Shown: in pieces, positions 52,526 to 64,000 of the stretch
How positions within the stretch are numbered: the stretch's first letter is position 1
Layout: the number at the start of each line of letters is the position of its first letter
Source of the DNA: Paecilomyces variotii
Lineage: Eukaryota
Assembly: GCA_004022145.1 (NCBI GenBank)
Contig: RCNU01000019.1
Reading direction: 5' to 3' (one strand)
Length of the DNA stretch: 64,000 nt
Notes under the pieces: generated by a model
Seen by the model: only the letters and a program-made list of their open reading frames with translations
The model's database searches: none
Told to the model about the DNA's origin: nothing
Translations under genes and position numbers: made by a program

Positions 52526-53683
52526 ATGTCGTATCCGCCTCCTGCAGGTTTGCCGCCGCGGCCTCCACCACCCGCCGGCTCCCAGTCGTCCTCCTTCAAA
52601 CCAGCCTATGCAGCTGCGCCCTCGTACGCTTCCTCGGCCTCCGGATATGCTGCCAGTGCCAAACCGTCCGGGGCAGGCCACAGTGCCTTCACCGCGTTCC
52701 AGCCACGCTCCGTAGCTTCCAACCAGCCCTACCGCACTAGTAGTCCTGTCGTTTCCGCTCCGCCCGCATCAGCACCAGCAGCAAGCTATCCGGCCGCTAC
52801 GACGGGCTACAGCGCGGGCGCCTATCAATATCCACAACAATCCTACCAGGCCGGTCCTTCGTACTACGGCCAACCACAGTATGGAGACACCACCTACGGC
52901 GCCACGGTGCCCCGAATTCAGAACCCTTTCCCGCTCCCGGGGCAAGACAAGGGCGGAATGAATTACGGACGCCATGATTCCGGCGTGGACCCGGACACAG
53001 AAGCACAGATCGCACAGTGGCAGAGTGCGTACATGGGCAGGGAAGCTGATCCTACCCCTGGTAATAAGGGGCCAGGTCGTCGGGACGGTCCTGCCGCTGC
53101 GACAGGCGCAAATACGGGCACCCTAGGTGCGTCGCGCTTTGATTCATCTACCCCGTTGGCCGGTCCGACAGCTTCCAACACGCCCGTTCCCGGTCCGGGG
53201 CGTCAGGAGCCTGTTCAGAAGACTGTTATTCGTTCGGGCGGTGGTCAGACCTGGACGGACCCGACCCTGGTGGAATGGGATCCAGCGCACTTCCGACTCT
53301 TCGTTGGTAACCTTGCGGGCGAGGTGACAGACGACTCGTTGCTCAAAGCGTTCTCCAGGTATCCGTCCGTGCAGAAAGCGCGCGTCATTCGCGACAAGCG
53401 CACCGAGAAGAGCAAGGGATACGGGTTTGTCAGTTTCAGTGACGGTGACGATTACCTGAAAGCGGCGCGAGAGATGCAGGGCAAGTATATCGGTTCCCAT
53501 CCGGTGTTGCTGCGTCGCGCGACAACGGAGGTGCGGCCTGTGGCGAACGCCAAGCTCGGAAAGAAGGGCGGAGCACGTGGCCACGGCGGAAACCAGAGCG
53601 GGTCCGCCGGCAGTACCAAGGTCAAGCACGACGGAGTGAAGAAGCAGAGCAAGACCAAGGGTGGTCTTAAGATCTTGGGATGA
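52526..53683 (+). CDS. RBM42-like RRM RNA-binding protein, intronless
   Basis: First ATG at 52526; RSGGGQTWTDPTLVEWDPAHFRLFVGNLAGEVTDD, RNP1 KGYGFVSF, EMQGKYIGSHP. Confidence 0.88.
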   Translation: MSYPPPAGLPPRPPPPAGSQSSSFKPAYAAAPSYASSASGYAASAKPSGAGHSAFTAFQPRSVASNQPYRTSSPVVSAPPASAPAASYPAATTGYSAGAYQYPQQSYQAGPSYYGQPQYGDTTYGATVPRIQNPFPLPGQDKGGMNYGRHDSGVDPDTEAQIAQWQSAYMGREADPTPGNKGPGRRDGPAAATGANTGTLGASRFDSSTPLAGPTASNTPVPGPGRQEPVQKTVIRSGGGQTWTDPTLVEWDPAHFRLFVGNLAGEVTDDSLLKAFSRYPSVQKARVIRDKRTEKSKGYGFVSFSDGDDYLKAAREMQGKYIGSHPVLLRRATTEVRPVANAKLGKKGGARGHGGNQSGSAGSTKVKHDGVKKQSKTKGGLKILG

Positions 53684-54046
53684 ATTATGCCATGCTAGTC
53701 TTTCTGTATCATGCCAATCATTTTTTATTTTCTTCTTCCCTCTCTTGGGTTGGCCTGTGCGTTGCTGTATTCGGTATGAGCGGATTCTGAGACATGGCGT
53801 TTTTGTCGTATTATAGAATACACTATTATGTCTAAATGCCATCTAATATTCTGATGTCTCTATATTCGAACATTCCAACAACAATAATAATAAAAAAACA
53901 CCTTTGTTTAGCAACGGTAAGATCTGCCAACCCAGGTAGCATTATATATGTATATATCATTCTCATACAACTACATCATAGGCTTATCGTTATCCATAAA
54001 CTCCTTTTCCTCGACACAATCCAAATCCAACTAACCCTCGGATTCT

Positions 54047-56962
54047 CTAGCTGGTAGTCGCAGTATTCAGCTTACAATAGTCGAGATTATGAACTGAAGT
54101 ATCGGGATTTCCAGCCCATGTCCTAGTACGCAAAAATAGAAAAATATCAGTATAGGAAATCCTATTTAGAAAACAAAAGGATAAAAGATAAGAGAAAAAT
54201 AAAAAAAAAATGACGGGAGGGGGTAATTCACTCACGGAAAAGGATAACTCTTCCCACTTCCTCCAAAGACCGCAAAGGTCAAAATAAACACACACACCTG
54301 CGTGCCTCCGTCGAGAGCCGCAGAGACGATGTAATTATACTTTGTGAAATAGCGCGGGTGGTATTTTCTCAACCACCATTGAGCGAAGAAGCCGATTGTG
54401 AAATACGCTAGGATGGATGCGTTGATGCCCACGAATAACCAGCCCATGTACCAGAGGATGATGGAGAGGTTGAGGTAGCTGAAGATTCGGTGGGGGCGCC
54501 AGCGGTTGAGGAGCCAGAAGGGAAGCGGGACGGCGAAGCCGAGCAGGTAGGATATCGTGACCCATTGGTAGCGGCCGCCGATGGAGAACATGTCCTTGGC
54601 TATACTCCAGGCGATGGCGAGGGTGTTGAACTGGTAAGGGGGGGTTAGTCTGGGGTGAGAGAGATGATGATAGGAGGGGCAAGTGGGACTTATCTGAATG
54701 TTCTGACCGCTCCAGATGTTGGTGCCTTCGATGGATTTGAGGACCGAGCCTTGGTTTTGGACGATGCTGGGGATTGTGTGTGTTAGTTGAGGGAGACTTG
54801 AGGTCTGAGATGGGTTTGATGGCGATATTGATGACTTACGTCAACATCATGATGTAGTTGAAGAGCGCGCCGACGATACATCCTGTCACTTGGATTGTGA
54901 ATGTGCATATAGGTGAGATGTGCAGGTTCTGCGCCAGTCGGAGGTCTTTTGCAAGCACCTGTCCCATTTGGAGGGAGTTGTAGGTGAAGCAGGTGAAGTA
55001 GAGATCTTGGACGTGTTAGACCGATTGACCGCTACTGTAAAAGAAACTATGAAAAGCAAGAGAGTCACTCACTCGCTAGGGGTTTACCGGGGAACATGTA
55101 TCCCGCAAGCATCTGGCAAATGGGCTGGACATTGAACTGGAATCCGGTAATACCATATTGTGCACCAAAGAAGAGCATAAACAGCAGCGTCAGCAGGTTG
55201 GCGATGATGAAACCCCACCACGGAAGGGTTGATTTCATGGCATAGAGACAGCCTAGTCCGACTGCGAAGCTTGCAACGAGAATGGCCCCCCACCACCAGT
55301 GCGGTGTCTCTTGATACAAGTTCCGCAGCATGAGTTTGTAATGGGGATCCAGCTTGGGGTCGTTGAGTCGTCGCTGCAGGCGTTCTTCTGGTGTCTCCTG
55401 GTTCGCCCAGAACTTCCAGGAAGACGGTTGGAGCCATTTCTTCAGTTTCTTAGGTGACGCCCACTCCCACCCGGCTTTGATATCGTCCAAATTCCACAGC
55501 AGCATGTGCGTGAATGTAGCTGTAAGGCCCATGTTGGACGTAATCAGGTAGCAGACGTATGTTCCGGTGAGCCAAGGGAGTCCCTGCTGGCGAAGGAGAT
55601 CTTGGTTGATTGTGAAGTCCTCGTTCATGATAAGAGTTTGATTGTAGGTGTGATAGTTTGTCGAATTTGAGTCTCCGTAGAAGAGCAGCTGGGAAAGGAA
55701 TGGGAAATTCTGAGAGTTCCAGACGTTTTTGTAGTAGACGGCCATGAACAGGACAATGCATCCGATGTACCCGATGAGACTATTCGTCAAGGCGTACAAA
55801 GGTAACCACAGAGGCGACCCAAGCGATGCAATATATTGCCAATCAAATGACCAAGCCACTAGTATCTGGCATCAGTACTTGTCCGAAGGTGAAAATAGAG
55901 GGGGCCTCTTACGAAACCCGAGTCCCTCGTTTCCTGATGCTCCGCCAAAAAGATTTGTGAATACCATGCTATTTTGGTTCGCAAGACAGAAGATCGAAAC
56001 TCCCTCAAGGACTGGAAATATGTACTGGAGATATGAACTTAGTTTTGCACTTCCGGGGGGTCATAGGGGTGATCAAGCCTACCTCGGGCACAATTTCCCA
56101 GAAAAACAAGATGAAGAAAACAACATAAAATATCTTCATCTTGGATTTCGACTCGCTCTTGTGGCGGTGGAGAGATTCGAGCAAACTACTAATAGGCAGA
56201 GTCATCGGCCAGAGCATCTTGGTCGGGCGCACAATGACATCCCTGAGCAAACCAGCGATGCCGTAACCGATGAGCTGAGAGGACAATGTAATGAAGATAC
56301 CTGCAGCGTGACTCGGATAGCCACCGTAGAAAAGCTGCTGGGCAGCCAATGCCTCGGTAGCGAGTGCAGACTGGGAAGCCGCTGAAGCCATGAGCGAAAT
56401 CGCAGCGTGTTCTTTGGCATTGAACGGCCCCGGATTCAGGAGATGCCCAATACGCCCGCGACGGGGTATCAGGTAGGCCATACCTTCTCCCAAAACATAT
56501 GCAATGACCGTCAAGAAAACCTGAGAGACATAGATTGTTTGTGGTTTGAAGTAGAAGATTTCCTGAAGCACGGAGCCAAAAACAGACAGACCAATGCCTA
56601 GTCGATATGTCAGTTTCAGTGTACAGCTTAAACCCCGAAGTAGTATTTATGGTTTGACCCATACCAAGAAAGAACATGCGGAAAGTCCAGGGATTAATTG
56701 AAGGATCATCTTCGACAGCAAGAACCTGAGTGACGATGTCGTCCGCCGTCTCCAGTACCTTGGCACTGCTCTCAACGGTTTCTCCGACAGCTTCTCCATA
56801 TGAGGTGACACTATCGGCGTTGATGTCCACTTCATTTTTCACATCCTTCTCGTTGGGCAATGTCTTCTCTTCCACCGGCTTGGGACAGGTACGCAGATCT
56901 TCGAGGGAAGCTGGCGCCCCCCCGGTCATGCTGCGATCATAGCCTGGTGTGCTGGCAACCAT
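54047..56962 (-). CDS. OPT-family oligopeptide transporter; multi-exon
   Basis: DDPSINPWTFRMFFLG, NPGPFNAKEHA, SSQLIGYG, MLWP, SFDWQYI, DPHYKLM, PGKPLA, KYNYIVSAALDGGT. Confidence 0.93.
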
Positions 56963-58658
56963 TCTTGTCAGGATATAGAAACACGAGAGACCTGGAAAGC
57001 CAAAGCACTGTACGGGGCAGAAGCCGTGGGAAGGAATGGCGAAAGCTCATATTAAAGTATTGTTCTTCTACCTACTGTCTATCCGTACATCTCTAGTGGC
57101 ACGGTCCCTTGAACTCGCCACAAAGCCATGGGCGCATGATAAGAAGACCCGAGGATGTTTCGGATAGAAGCGCTCGTCTCGATCTGGAAGGTCCATACAT
57201 GACCTCGAGTACCAATGCTTGAGCTAACAGTATCCCTGCGCCATTTCAAGCCTTTTAGTTTGCGCCGGCCACCCCGGTGCTAGCATCTCCGCATTGGCAT
57301 TGTAACATGGGCGTAGATAAGAAATCTTAGCTCGGCCTCCGTCGAAAGCTTGGTATTTAGCGAACCGCCAAAGTTCTCCTCCACTCGATGGGGTCTTCCA
57401 GAACATGTCGGGTCTTGTAACGGAGCTCCGACTGGGATAATGAATTGATAGTCATATGCTTCTCTAATTGTCGTGCTAGAGTTGGCCCGTTGAGCAATTC
57501 AAGGCTTGCCACCGTCCTGGTATCTTTGGCCGCCAGCACAAGCTGGCATCAGAGATGCTGGACAGTTTTCGGCGCGCCAGTGATCCTCCTGACTTGACCG
57601 CTGGCGTAGTACTTAGGCGACGCTCTCAAAAAGAAGATTCCAGGCTCTTGCTCGTCGACTTCGTGCGAAGTCTACTCCGCACTCTCCGGCAAAGCATATC
57701 TTGTCCGTCCCCGTTGCGATTGGGGTACGTGTCTCCGAGTCACGACCCAGCACCGTTTAGACTTAGAGTGGCTCTGCGTACTTAGGGAGTGTAGCATTCT
57801 GAAGTTCGTTTTGAAGACCCAAGTATCCACTGTGGGGAGTCTAGACGAAGACGAACCGAACCTTTAGCGAGATAAGGTCACCCCGAATGCGCAACTGAGA
57901 TCGGCCGGTACGTAATATAATTTTGCCAGAAGTTGGAGTTCTTCAGACGAGGCAGGAGGTAATCATAATAACGCATTTGAGTGGAAATAGATGGGGTCTC
58001 GAGCAAACGACCGTGCGGCATTCTCAGCCGGGAGAAACCACGGGGACAGAACTTGCTTCAAACTGCAGCGTAAGCACCTAAAGCCAACATCGACGGAACC
58101 ATTCAACAAGACTTGTGCAAGGAAACATTCGTCATTCTGGTGCGATTGTAGTGTGACAAGAAAGACGCTGTCATTGCTGGGATTGATGACTTTAAATAAT
58201 GCTGACATTGCCAAGTTTGTTTGCCGCAGGCGGGGTCCCAATCTGGAAAGGTCTCTCTCTCTATACTGGAGAAAGTCAGATAGCTCGCACTTTATGGGGC
58301 CATCGATTGTTTCTGTTATCCATGTAGCTGTCAGATAGGCTATTTGATAGATATTGATAGAATAATGTCAGACGACCCGCATAGAATACCACATGGTCAT
58401 ATCAGCCCGGAAACACTGCGGTGCACATATGCCGTGCAACTATTAACTCTTTGGGGGGCAAGTTGTAAACGTGATCAACGTGTACTGTCTACCGTGATTA
58501 TCATCAGACAGTTACAAGTAAGCAATTATGACCCTTGACAAGGCTGATCTAGTGCTGATTATCGTTTACCATGTTTTGTTCATTTCTTAGTTAATTCATG
58601 CCGTGTTGATAACCCAGAACTCCTTATCCCTCAAATCGACCATCAAAATCAACCCACA

Positions 58659-59057
58659 ATGTCGGCGGCCGTGGTGCTCATCGTCGATTGCTCGTCAATT
58701 GCCCTCGACACATGTATTGCATTCAAGCTGGTGGCAAAGGCATTGTCTACTTCGTCGACTGCTGTAAGTGTTGACAATATCTCCATTGCGATCCACCCAA
58801 ACGAAGTGTTATTATTCGTCCCATCAGATGCGTTGTTGCAGGCCAATTTCACATTGGCCTACACCACAACCGACCGCTCAGTTCAGCGCATCCCCGCGAA
58901 GTACGTATATCGCACGGAAGTCAGACCGGGGACTTGAGAGATTGGGGGGTTGATGAACGCGTGAGGCAGACTCGTTTTCTACCTCGAACGGAATTGTTTT
59001 TTTCGCCCCGGTCGAAGCGGTGGAAGGCAAATAGTGCTACGTCGGAGGCTCGCCTGA
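58659..59057 (+). CDS. Possible small hypothetical protein, about 109 aa (exons 58659-58900, 58970-59057)
   Basis: cacaATG context; gtacgt donor at 58901 and cag acceptor at 58969 give an in-frame join ...QRIPAK|LVFYLERNCFFRPG...; no recognised domain. Confidence 0.35.
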
Positions 59058-59089
59058 AAGATTCATGCTGGCGTAGATTGAAATCGAAG

Positions 59090-59833
59090 TCAGGTATGGT
59101 GGATAACATCCGTAAGTTTCGTTCTCTTAGCGTCATGCAAGTCGTCGCAAGCATCTTCATCACTAGAGCTATCTTCGTAGATACGGCCCTCGCTGATTCC
59201 CCATGTCCTGATAATTCGACACGCGCTGGGAAAGCTACACTGATCCCAACAATTTCGATCTGTAGCAGGCGTCGACGAGTATTCTGTTAGGGTCTTGTGG
59301 TCTGCATTCCGGATCTTTCTGCGCCATTTGGTCATGTCGGCCCATCGGGAGTAATCGAATTCTGAAGTGCAGGTGTTCTCGTTGAACATGATGGGCCCTC
59401 TTTTTCTTTTTCCAAGCGTGGCTGCTCGCTGGCCTGCACAATAGTAGTGGCCATCGTATAAGCAGCGACGCGTGGCACCCAACGGCCACTTGTTTCGACA
59501 GAAGTGACAGATCCAAACCCACGGTCTCGGGGAAGGTGGCCGTGGCGGCATCTTCAACTGTGATGATGGAAGATGCGATCGAAGAAGTCCATCTTCGGGT
59601 CGAAATGTTGATCTCGACGAGGAGGATCGTGCTAGGGGAGGTCGACAGGGCAATCCTTCGATTGCCGGAAGGTTTATCACAGGAGCTGTTCGGTCCGCGT
59701 GGGCCATGCTGCGTAAGGCCTCATGCCCGGGATTCACATGTGGACGTCTGCAATCGAGAACTGGGACATGAGGTGCAAGCATTTGGCAGTCCATTCCTCC
59801 TCCACCCTCGAGCACAGATGTAAACGTCGTCAT
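59090..59833 (-). CDS. Hypothetical Cys/His-rich, probably zinc-binding protein; start uncertain
   Basis: WICHFCRNKWPLGATRRCLYDGHYYC...CTSEFDYSRW...NCWDQCSFPSAC, a pattern I recall from uncharacterised Pezizomycotina proteins. Confidence 0.7.
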   Translation of the reverse strand: MTTFTSVLEGGGGMDCQMLAPHVPVLDCRRPHVNPGHEALRSMAHADRTAPVINLPAIEGLPCRPPLARSSSSRSTFRPEDGLLRSHLPSSQLKMPPRPPSPRPWVWICHFCRNKWPLGATRRCLYDGHYYCAGQRAATLGKRKRGPIMFNENTCTSEFDYSRWADMTKWRRKIRNADHKTLTEYSSTPATDRNCWDQCSFPSACRIIRTWGISEGRIYEDSSSDEDACDDLHDAKRTKLTDVIHHT

Positions 59834-61455
59834 TTGCACTATGAAGGACGCAACAGAGTCATCGTGGATGGGGAGCTTGTTGTCAATGTAGGTGTCGAAG
59901 GAGGAGGGGCGAGATGGTTTAGAGGGTCCATGAACAGGCTAAATGATAGCTGCCATCTTGGCTCGTACAGTGAAAAGAAGCCAAATCGTGAGAGCGAGGA
60001 TTTTTCGAAACGGGTATATACGATGTCTTCGAGATGGAACGGAGCAGACTGTGAGGTTCGGTGGTGTATTATCGGGACACAAAGCAAAGATTGATGGTTC
60101 TTTCAGGGTTCGTCAAAAGAGCAGCGATCCTATTATCTCAGACAAGCACACACAGACCCTTTTGTGGCGATAGAAAACAGTCAAGTTGATTGACCGCAAG
60201 TTCCCATGACTAGAATGTCTCCGCAGTTAGTGGAGACGCTGCGAACAAGGTTGAAACGGCGACAGTTCATAGTTAGGAGTTAAACTGCCCAAGAGAGGCA
60301 AAGAAGAGACCCAAGCTTCTACTCATGCTGGTGAACGGCAATAAAGGCAACATTGAGCTGCAGGTGTATTCTAGTCCTTGTACTTGGGTATGAGGATATT
60401 CTCTAACGGCGGTTTATGCTAAAATCCCAACTGTTTTATAAGGACATCGGCATACCGACCGTTCTATGCACGCAGGGTGGAGACAGTCGGAATCGAGAAA
60501 AGAGATCATGCTTGACAAGAGCCTCAAGTACTACTATTATTCCGATCCTGTCTTCTACGGGGGATCTTACAGTGGAGAAATCCCAGGGTGTTGGATATAC
60601 TAGAGTATATGAATTGCACTGAGGACACCACAAACGGTAAGTCAAGGAACGCACGTGGAAGCAGGATAATAATAATAACAGTAACATCCTCTCTTAAAGC
60701 GATAGATAGTCTATGGTGCGGTTCTTCGCACTCTCCAGGCGTCATAAAGGAGGAGGCTGGGGGGCATCCGGGTACCTGCTGTTAGCGCTGTCAGCTTGGA
60801 CTCTTGGAGTCTCGGATAGCTACCCACTTATACTTACTTCCCGACACTGGTGTCCCTCTTGGTGTCTCTTGGTGTTTCTTAGCCTCTGTTAGCTTCCCTG
60901 CCACGTCGATTCTTCCCTGCAGCGGCCTGCAATATCCTGTGAGTGGGCGCTATGGCCATCGCATTATCGTCTGGACTGTCGTTATCACATCCCCAGCCAC
61001 AGCAGCAGAAAAATTCCATGGCTGGGCAGCATGGCCAGTATGGCCCTCTTTTTTATACAAATATGCGCGCTCCCAGCATTCCATCTGCTGGCTATTCTGC
61101 TCTTTTGGATGGTCTTGCTGCTCCGTCGACCTCTTCCGACCCATTGCCCCGTCCGATAACGACAAGATAAGCCAGCGTTCTTTGTGCTGCGGGGTATTGC
61201 CTGACGCTTGGTGAGTTGTCGGCAGCACAGAGCTTCCGCCATTGGACCAAAAGGGATAGATGTGCTAACCTAACACTCTTAGGATATTATTGAGTTGCCT
61301 GTTCTGGCTCCATTTTCGTCTTTCTGCGTCCTCATACGGAGATTACGCCCATCGTTGTCCAGCGCATTAGAAGCCCCAGCATCAGCGGCCGTCATCGGCC
61401 CTCTGCACCGACGATCTGAGCCGGACTGCCTCCATTGACACAGAAGAAGCTCATC

Positions 61456-61605
61456 ATGGTTCAGCGGAATGATGCTATCGCGATTATCATCATCGTGCTC
61501 TTTGTCGTTCTGGCTGTTGTCGGCTTCGCCATCTATTCCCGCCAGAACCAAGTCGCCTTCTTCTCCAAACGAAGAGCGATAGACGAGGAAAGCGTAGAGG
61601 AATAA
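61456..61605 (+). CDS. 49-aa single-pass membrane microprotein (below the ORF-track cutoff)
   Basis: catcATGG start; MVQRNDAIAIIIIVLFVVLAVVGFAIYSRQNQVAFFSKRRAIDEESVEE*; C/T-ending codon preference; upstream intron 61211-61282 (gtgagt...gctaac...ttag) and TATA-like element near 61051. Confidence 0.7.
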   Translation: MVQRNDAIAIIIIVLFVVLAVVGFAIYSRQNQVAFFSKRRAIDEESVEE

Positions 61606-62307
61606 CGACTGCGACTGGAGAGCTGTGGCGTACCGTTCATTGGGGTCCAAAGCACTGGATCATCCAACCGTGCGAAATATTTGAACATTCCTGGGCCACC
61701 ACGGAACGGCCCGTCAGCGACCCCGTTTTCGATACTCAGTCGACGAGCGTGCCTTGTCGCCTTAAAATTGTCGATTCTCAAATGTCTTATATGAAACGTA
61801 TAATGTGGCGGATGTAGGAGTTTCGGTTGTTTTTTGGCCTTGATATTTTGCTTTCATGTGTGTCTTTTCAACGCTACACTACGACGCAGCGATCACTGGG
61901 ACGGGAAACCATGGAGGAGCAATCTGTCCATCACGGATTACAGGATTCTGGCACTTCTGGGTGGTTAATTTGGGATGTTACGACCGCATATGATGGATAT
62001 GGAATGATGGACCGACATTTATGTTTACGAATGATGTTTACGAGGACCTCGAAGCACGAGATCAATGCTTCAGAGGCAATGCATAATAGAAGATATCTGT
62101 CTCCTAATGAAACAATGCTTTTTGAGTGGCTCTCTACGATCATGATATTATGACGTTTGCGGCTCATCATAAGTACTGTACAACGTACCACCCGTTGCTC
62201 CCTGCGGGGAAGCCTCAACCGTCCCTTTCTTATCTTCTTGAATTTCCCATCCTACCTTCATTATAATCCAAACTCCATACCGAGAAAAATATCTGCTATA
62301 GCCTAGA

Positions 62308-63051
62308 ATGTTCAACTTCGCGAAAAGAACTCTATCATCCATCACGAGCCAGGATGGTGATGGTGACTTTCCAGATGCCGATTCCGCAGAACAAGAACAA
62401 GAACAAGAAGACTCTCCCGAGACCCTGGAAGAAAAGCGGCGTCAGGAACTTCACCGGCGGATATTCGATCTTTGGAAAAAAGTCTGGCTGGGCCTCTACC
62501 AGGTGCACGATAATAACGGACCATGGCACTGCGATCGTCTTCTTACTCTCTACGCTGGAGCTGGAATGTCCACCTCCATGGCAACAGAAAGTTCAAAGAA
62601 CTACAGAAGGAGAGATCATGCCGCGTTAGGACTTCTAGGTGCCGCGCTGGGGCAACAACTTTGCGTTAACAATGACTTCGGGGGCGGGATTAGGAAGCTG
62701 AGGCTCTATGACGGACTATCGCTGAGCACTCTGGAATCCGTCATTGAAATTCTCGAAGGGTATGAGCGCGAGATCGAACCGCTAGGCGAGGTGTATGCCG
62801 TCCTGCGCAGGCTCCAAATTGGTCTCCGGGAGCCATCAAAAGCCGATGAAGATGCTGTCTTGAGAGATTATCCGCCTGTCGCAGACCCTATTGCTAGGCG
62901 GCTCTTTCAGTATGATGTCAGACTTGGTGTGCTTGGTATGCAAATGTACGATGAGGTGACAGTCCTCCATGATGACCCGAAGTTACAGAGGGGTTGGCTC
63001 GTATGGGGTGAGGTGTTTCCGTGGAAGACGAAGATGGGTCCAACAGTGTAG
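62308..63051 (+). CDS. Hypothetical protein, 247 aa, intronless
   Basis: Uninterrupted ATG-initiated ORF with acidic N-terminus and helical-looking core; no motif recognised. Confidence 0.55.
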   Translation: MFNFAKRTLSSITSQDGDGDFPDADSAEQEQEQEDSPETLEEKRRQELHRRIFDLWKKVWLGLYQVHDNNGPWHCDRLLTLYAGAGMSTSMATESSKNYRRRDHAALGLLGAALGQQLCVNNDFGGGIRKLRLYDGLSLSTLESVIEILEGYEREIEPLGEVYAVLRRLQIGLREPSKADEDAVLRDYPPVADPIARRLFQYDVRLGVLGMQMYDEVTVLHDDPKLQRGWLVWGEVFPWKTKMGPTV

Positions 63052-63199
63052 ACGTCCTAGAGGGCGGTAGGTAGGATTATGTATGTACTAGTCAATTACA
63101 AGTACAAGCGGTGCCATCTATACGCGTCAATGGCTTCAATGATCTTTTCTTATTCTAGCCACCGTACTCTAGATGTATCAACACTTGCCAGACCCGGGG

Positions 63200-63520
63200 A
63201 GACTAAGCCGGAGAGTTCCCCTTTTTGGCCGGGTGTCTAATGGGTTATGGTAATAATACTTGATAGGAACTCTGATCATTGTCTCACAACGTTCAGCCCA
63301 AGAACCTTCTCGTTTCCAAGAAGAAGCTGTCATTGAACATACGGCTGGGGCATAGTCAAGGGGGCATATCCGTTCTACAGATATGGAGAGTATCTGAGGA
63401 CAAGGTTTTCGGTGAACTTCTAAATGTTTACTGGAACGTGTGGGAATATAAGACAACGGAAGCAAAGTTATTGGAGTGGTATTTTATCCGGGTGGAGTTA
63501 CATTGCTCGAAGAACTAGAG
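63200..63520 (+). pseudogene. Possible degenerate kinase-like / aminoglycoside phosphotransferase-like remnant
   Basis: LSHNVQPKNLLV (resembles HxDlxPxNilv but lacks the Asp) followed, in another frame, by GWGIVKGAYPFYRYGEY (resembles DWxxAGxYPxyxEY). Confidence 0.3.
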
Positions 63521-64000
63521 GGTACCAAAGTCTATCGACTACCTAGGTACCTATTTATGCCTACTCTATCCTGAATTACTGCTGCCTAGAGCACTGCCTC
63601 CACCACTCCTCTCGAGCCTTTCCCAATTATTCCGGCGCGTCTGCTTTGATCCTATATTGGTGGAAATGGGTGGCTTCAAGTTGTTTGTTCTATGCCCTTT
63701 ATACAGGGTAGTAGTGGCGTTTGGCAGCTCGCCTCCTTTGAAGCCGTGAGAGCTGACAGAAGGTCTCGGTACTTATAGTTGTATATGTTTGCGGATACAC
63801 GGCATAACATTCATTTGCACTTGTGCACTTACTAGTTAATCTGTAGATAACATTGTCAACAATAAATGCAGCATAAGTCCAGGTTGTTTTACATTTTTCT
63901 AGGTTACTAAGCTAAGCTAGGCCTAAACAAAAAGGAGATGCACTGCCCCAAACGCTGGTTGTCAACAATAAGTTGAAAGCGGTATATAGTGAATTAGAAT

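Overview
Eukaryotic window from a filamentous ascomycete, most likely Eurotiales (Aspergillus/Penicillium/Paecilomyces relatives), judged from short GT-AG introns with CTRAC branch sites and the protein sequences. The window has three zones. (1) About 1-12.7 kb looks accessory: degenerate TpA-rich DNA, an orphan gene, a compact catabolic trio (Zn2Cys6 transcription factor, FAD monooxygenase, tartrate/D-malate dehydrogenase) and an intronless PD-(D/E)xK nuclease gene. (2) About 13-57 kb is mostly conserved housekeeping genes: Pol5, NmrA-like reductase, MOSC protein, pyroglutamyl peptidase, Bub1/SldA, Apn1, a nucleotide-sugar transporter, GH15, Lsm12, 6-phosphogluconate dehydrogenase, an RBM42-like RRM protein and an OPT transporter. 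Within it I reconstructed a 4-exon, 241-aa gene at 19999-20957 that resembles the mating-type gene MAT1-2-4 but has no MAT-locus context. (3) About 57-64 kb holds small or unknown genes, including a 49-aa single-pass membrane microprotein absent from the ORF track, and ends in degenerate DNA. All product calls come from motif recognition by eye and exon boundaries are manual; no database searches were run.
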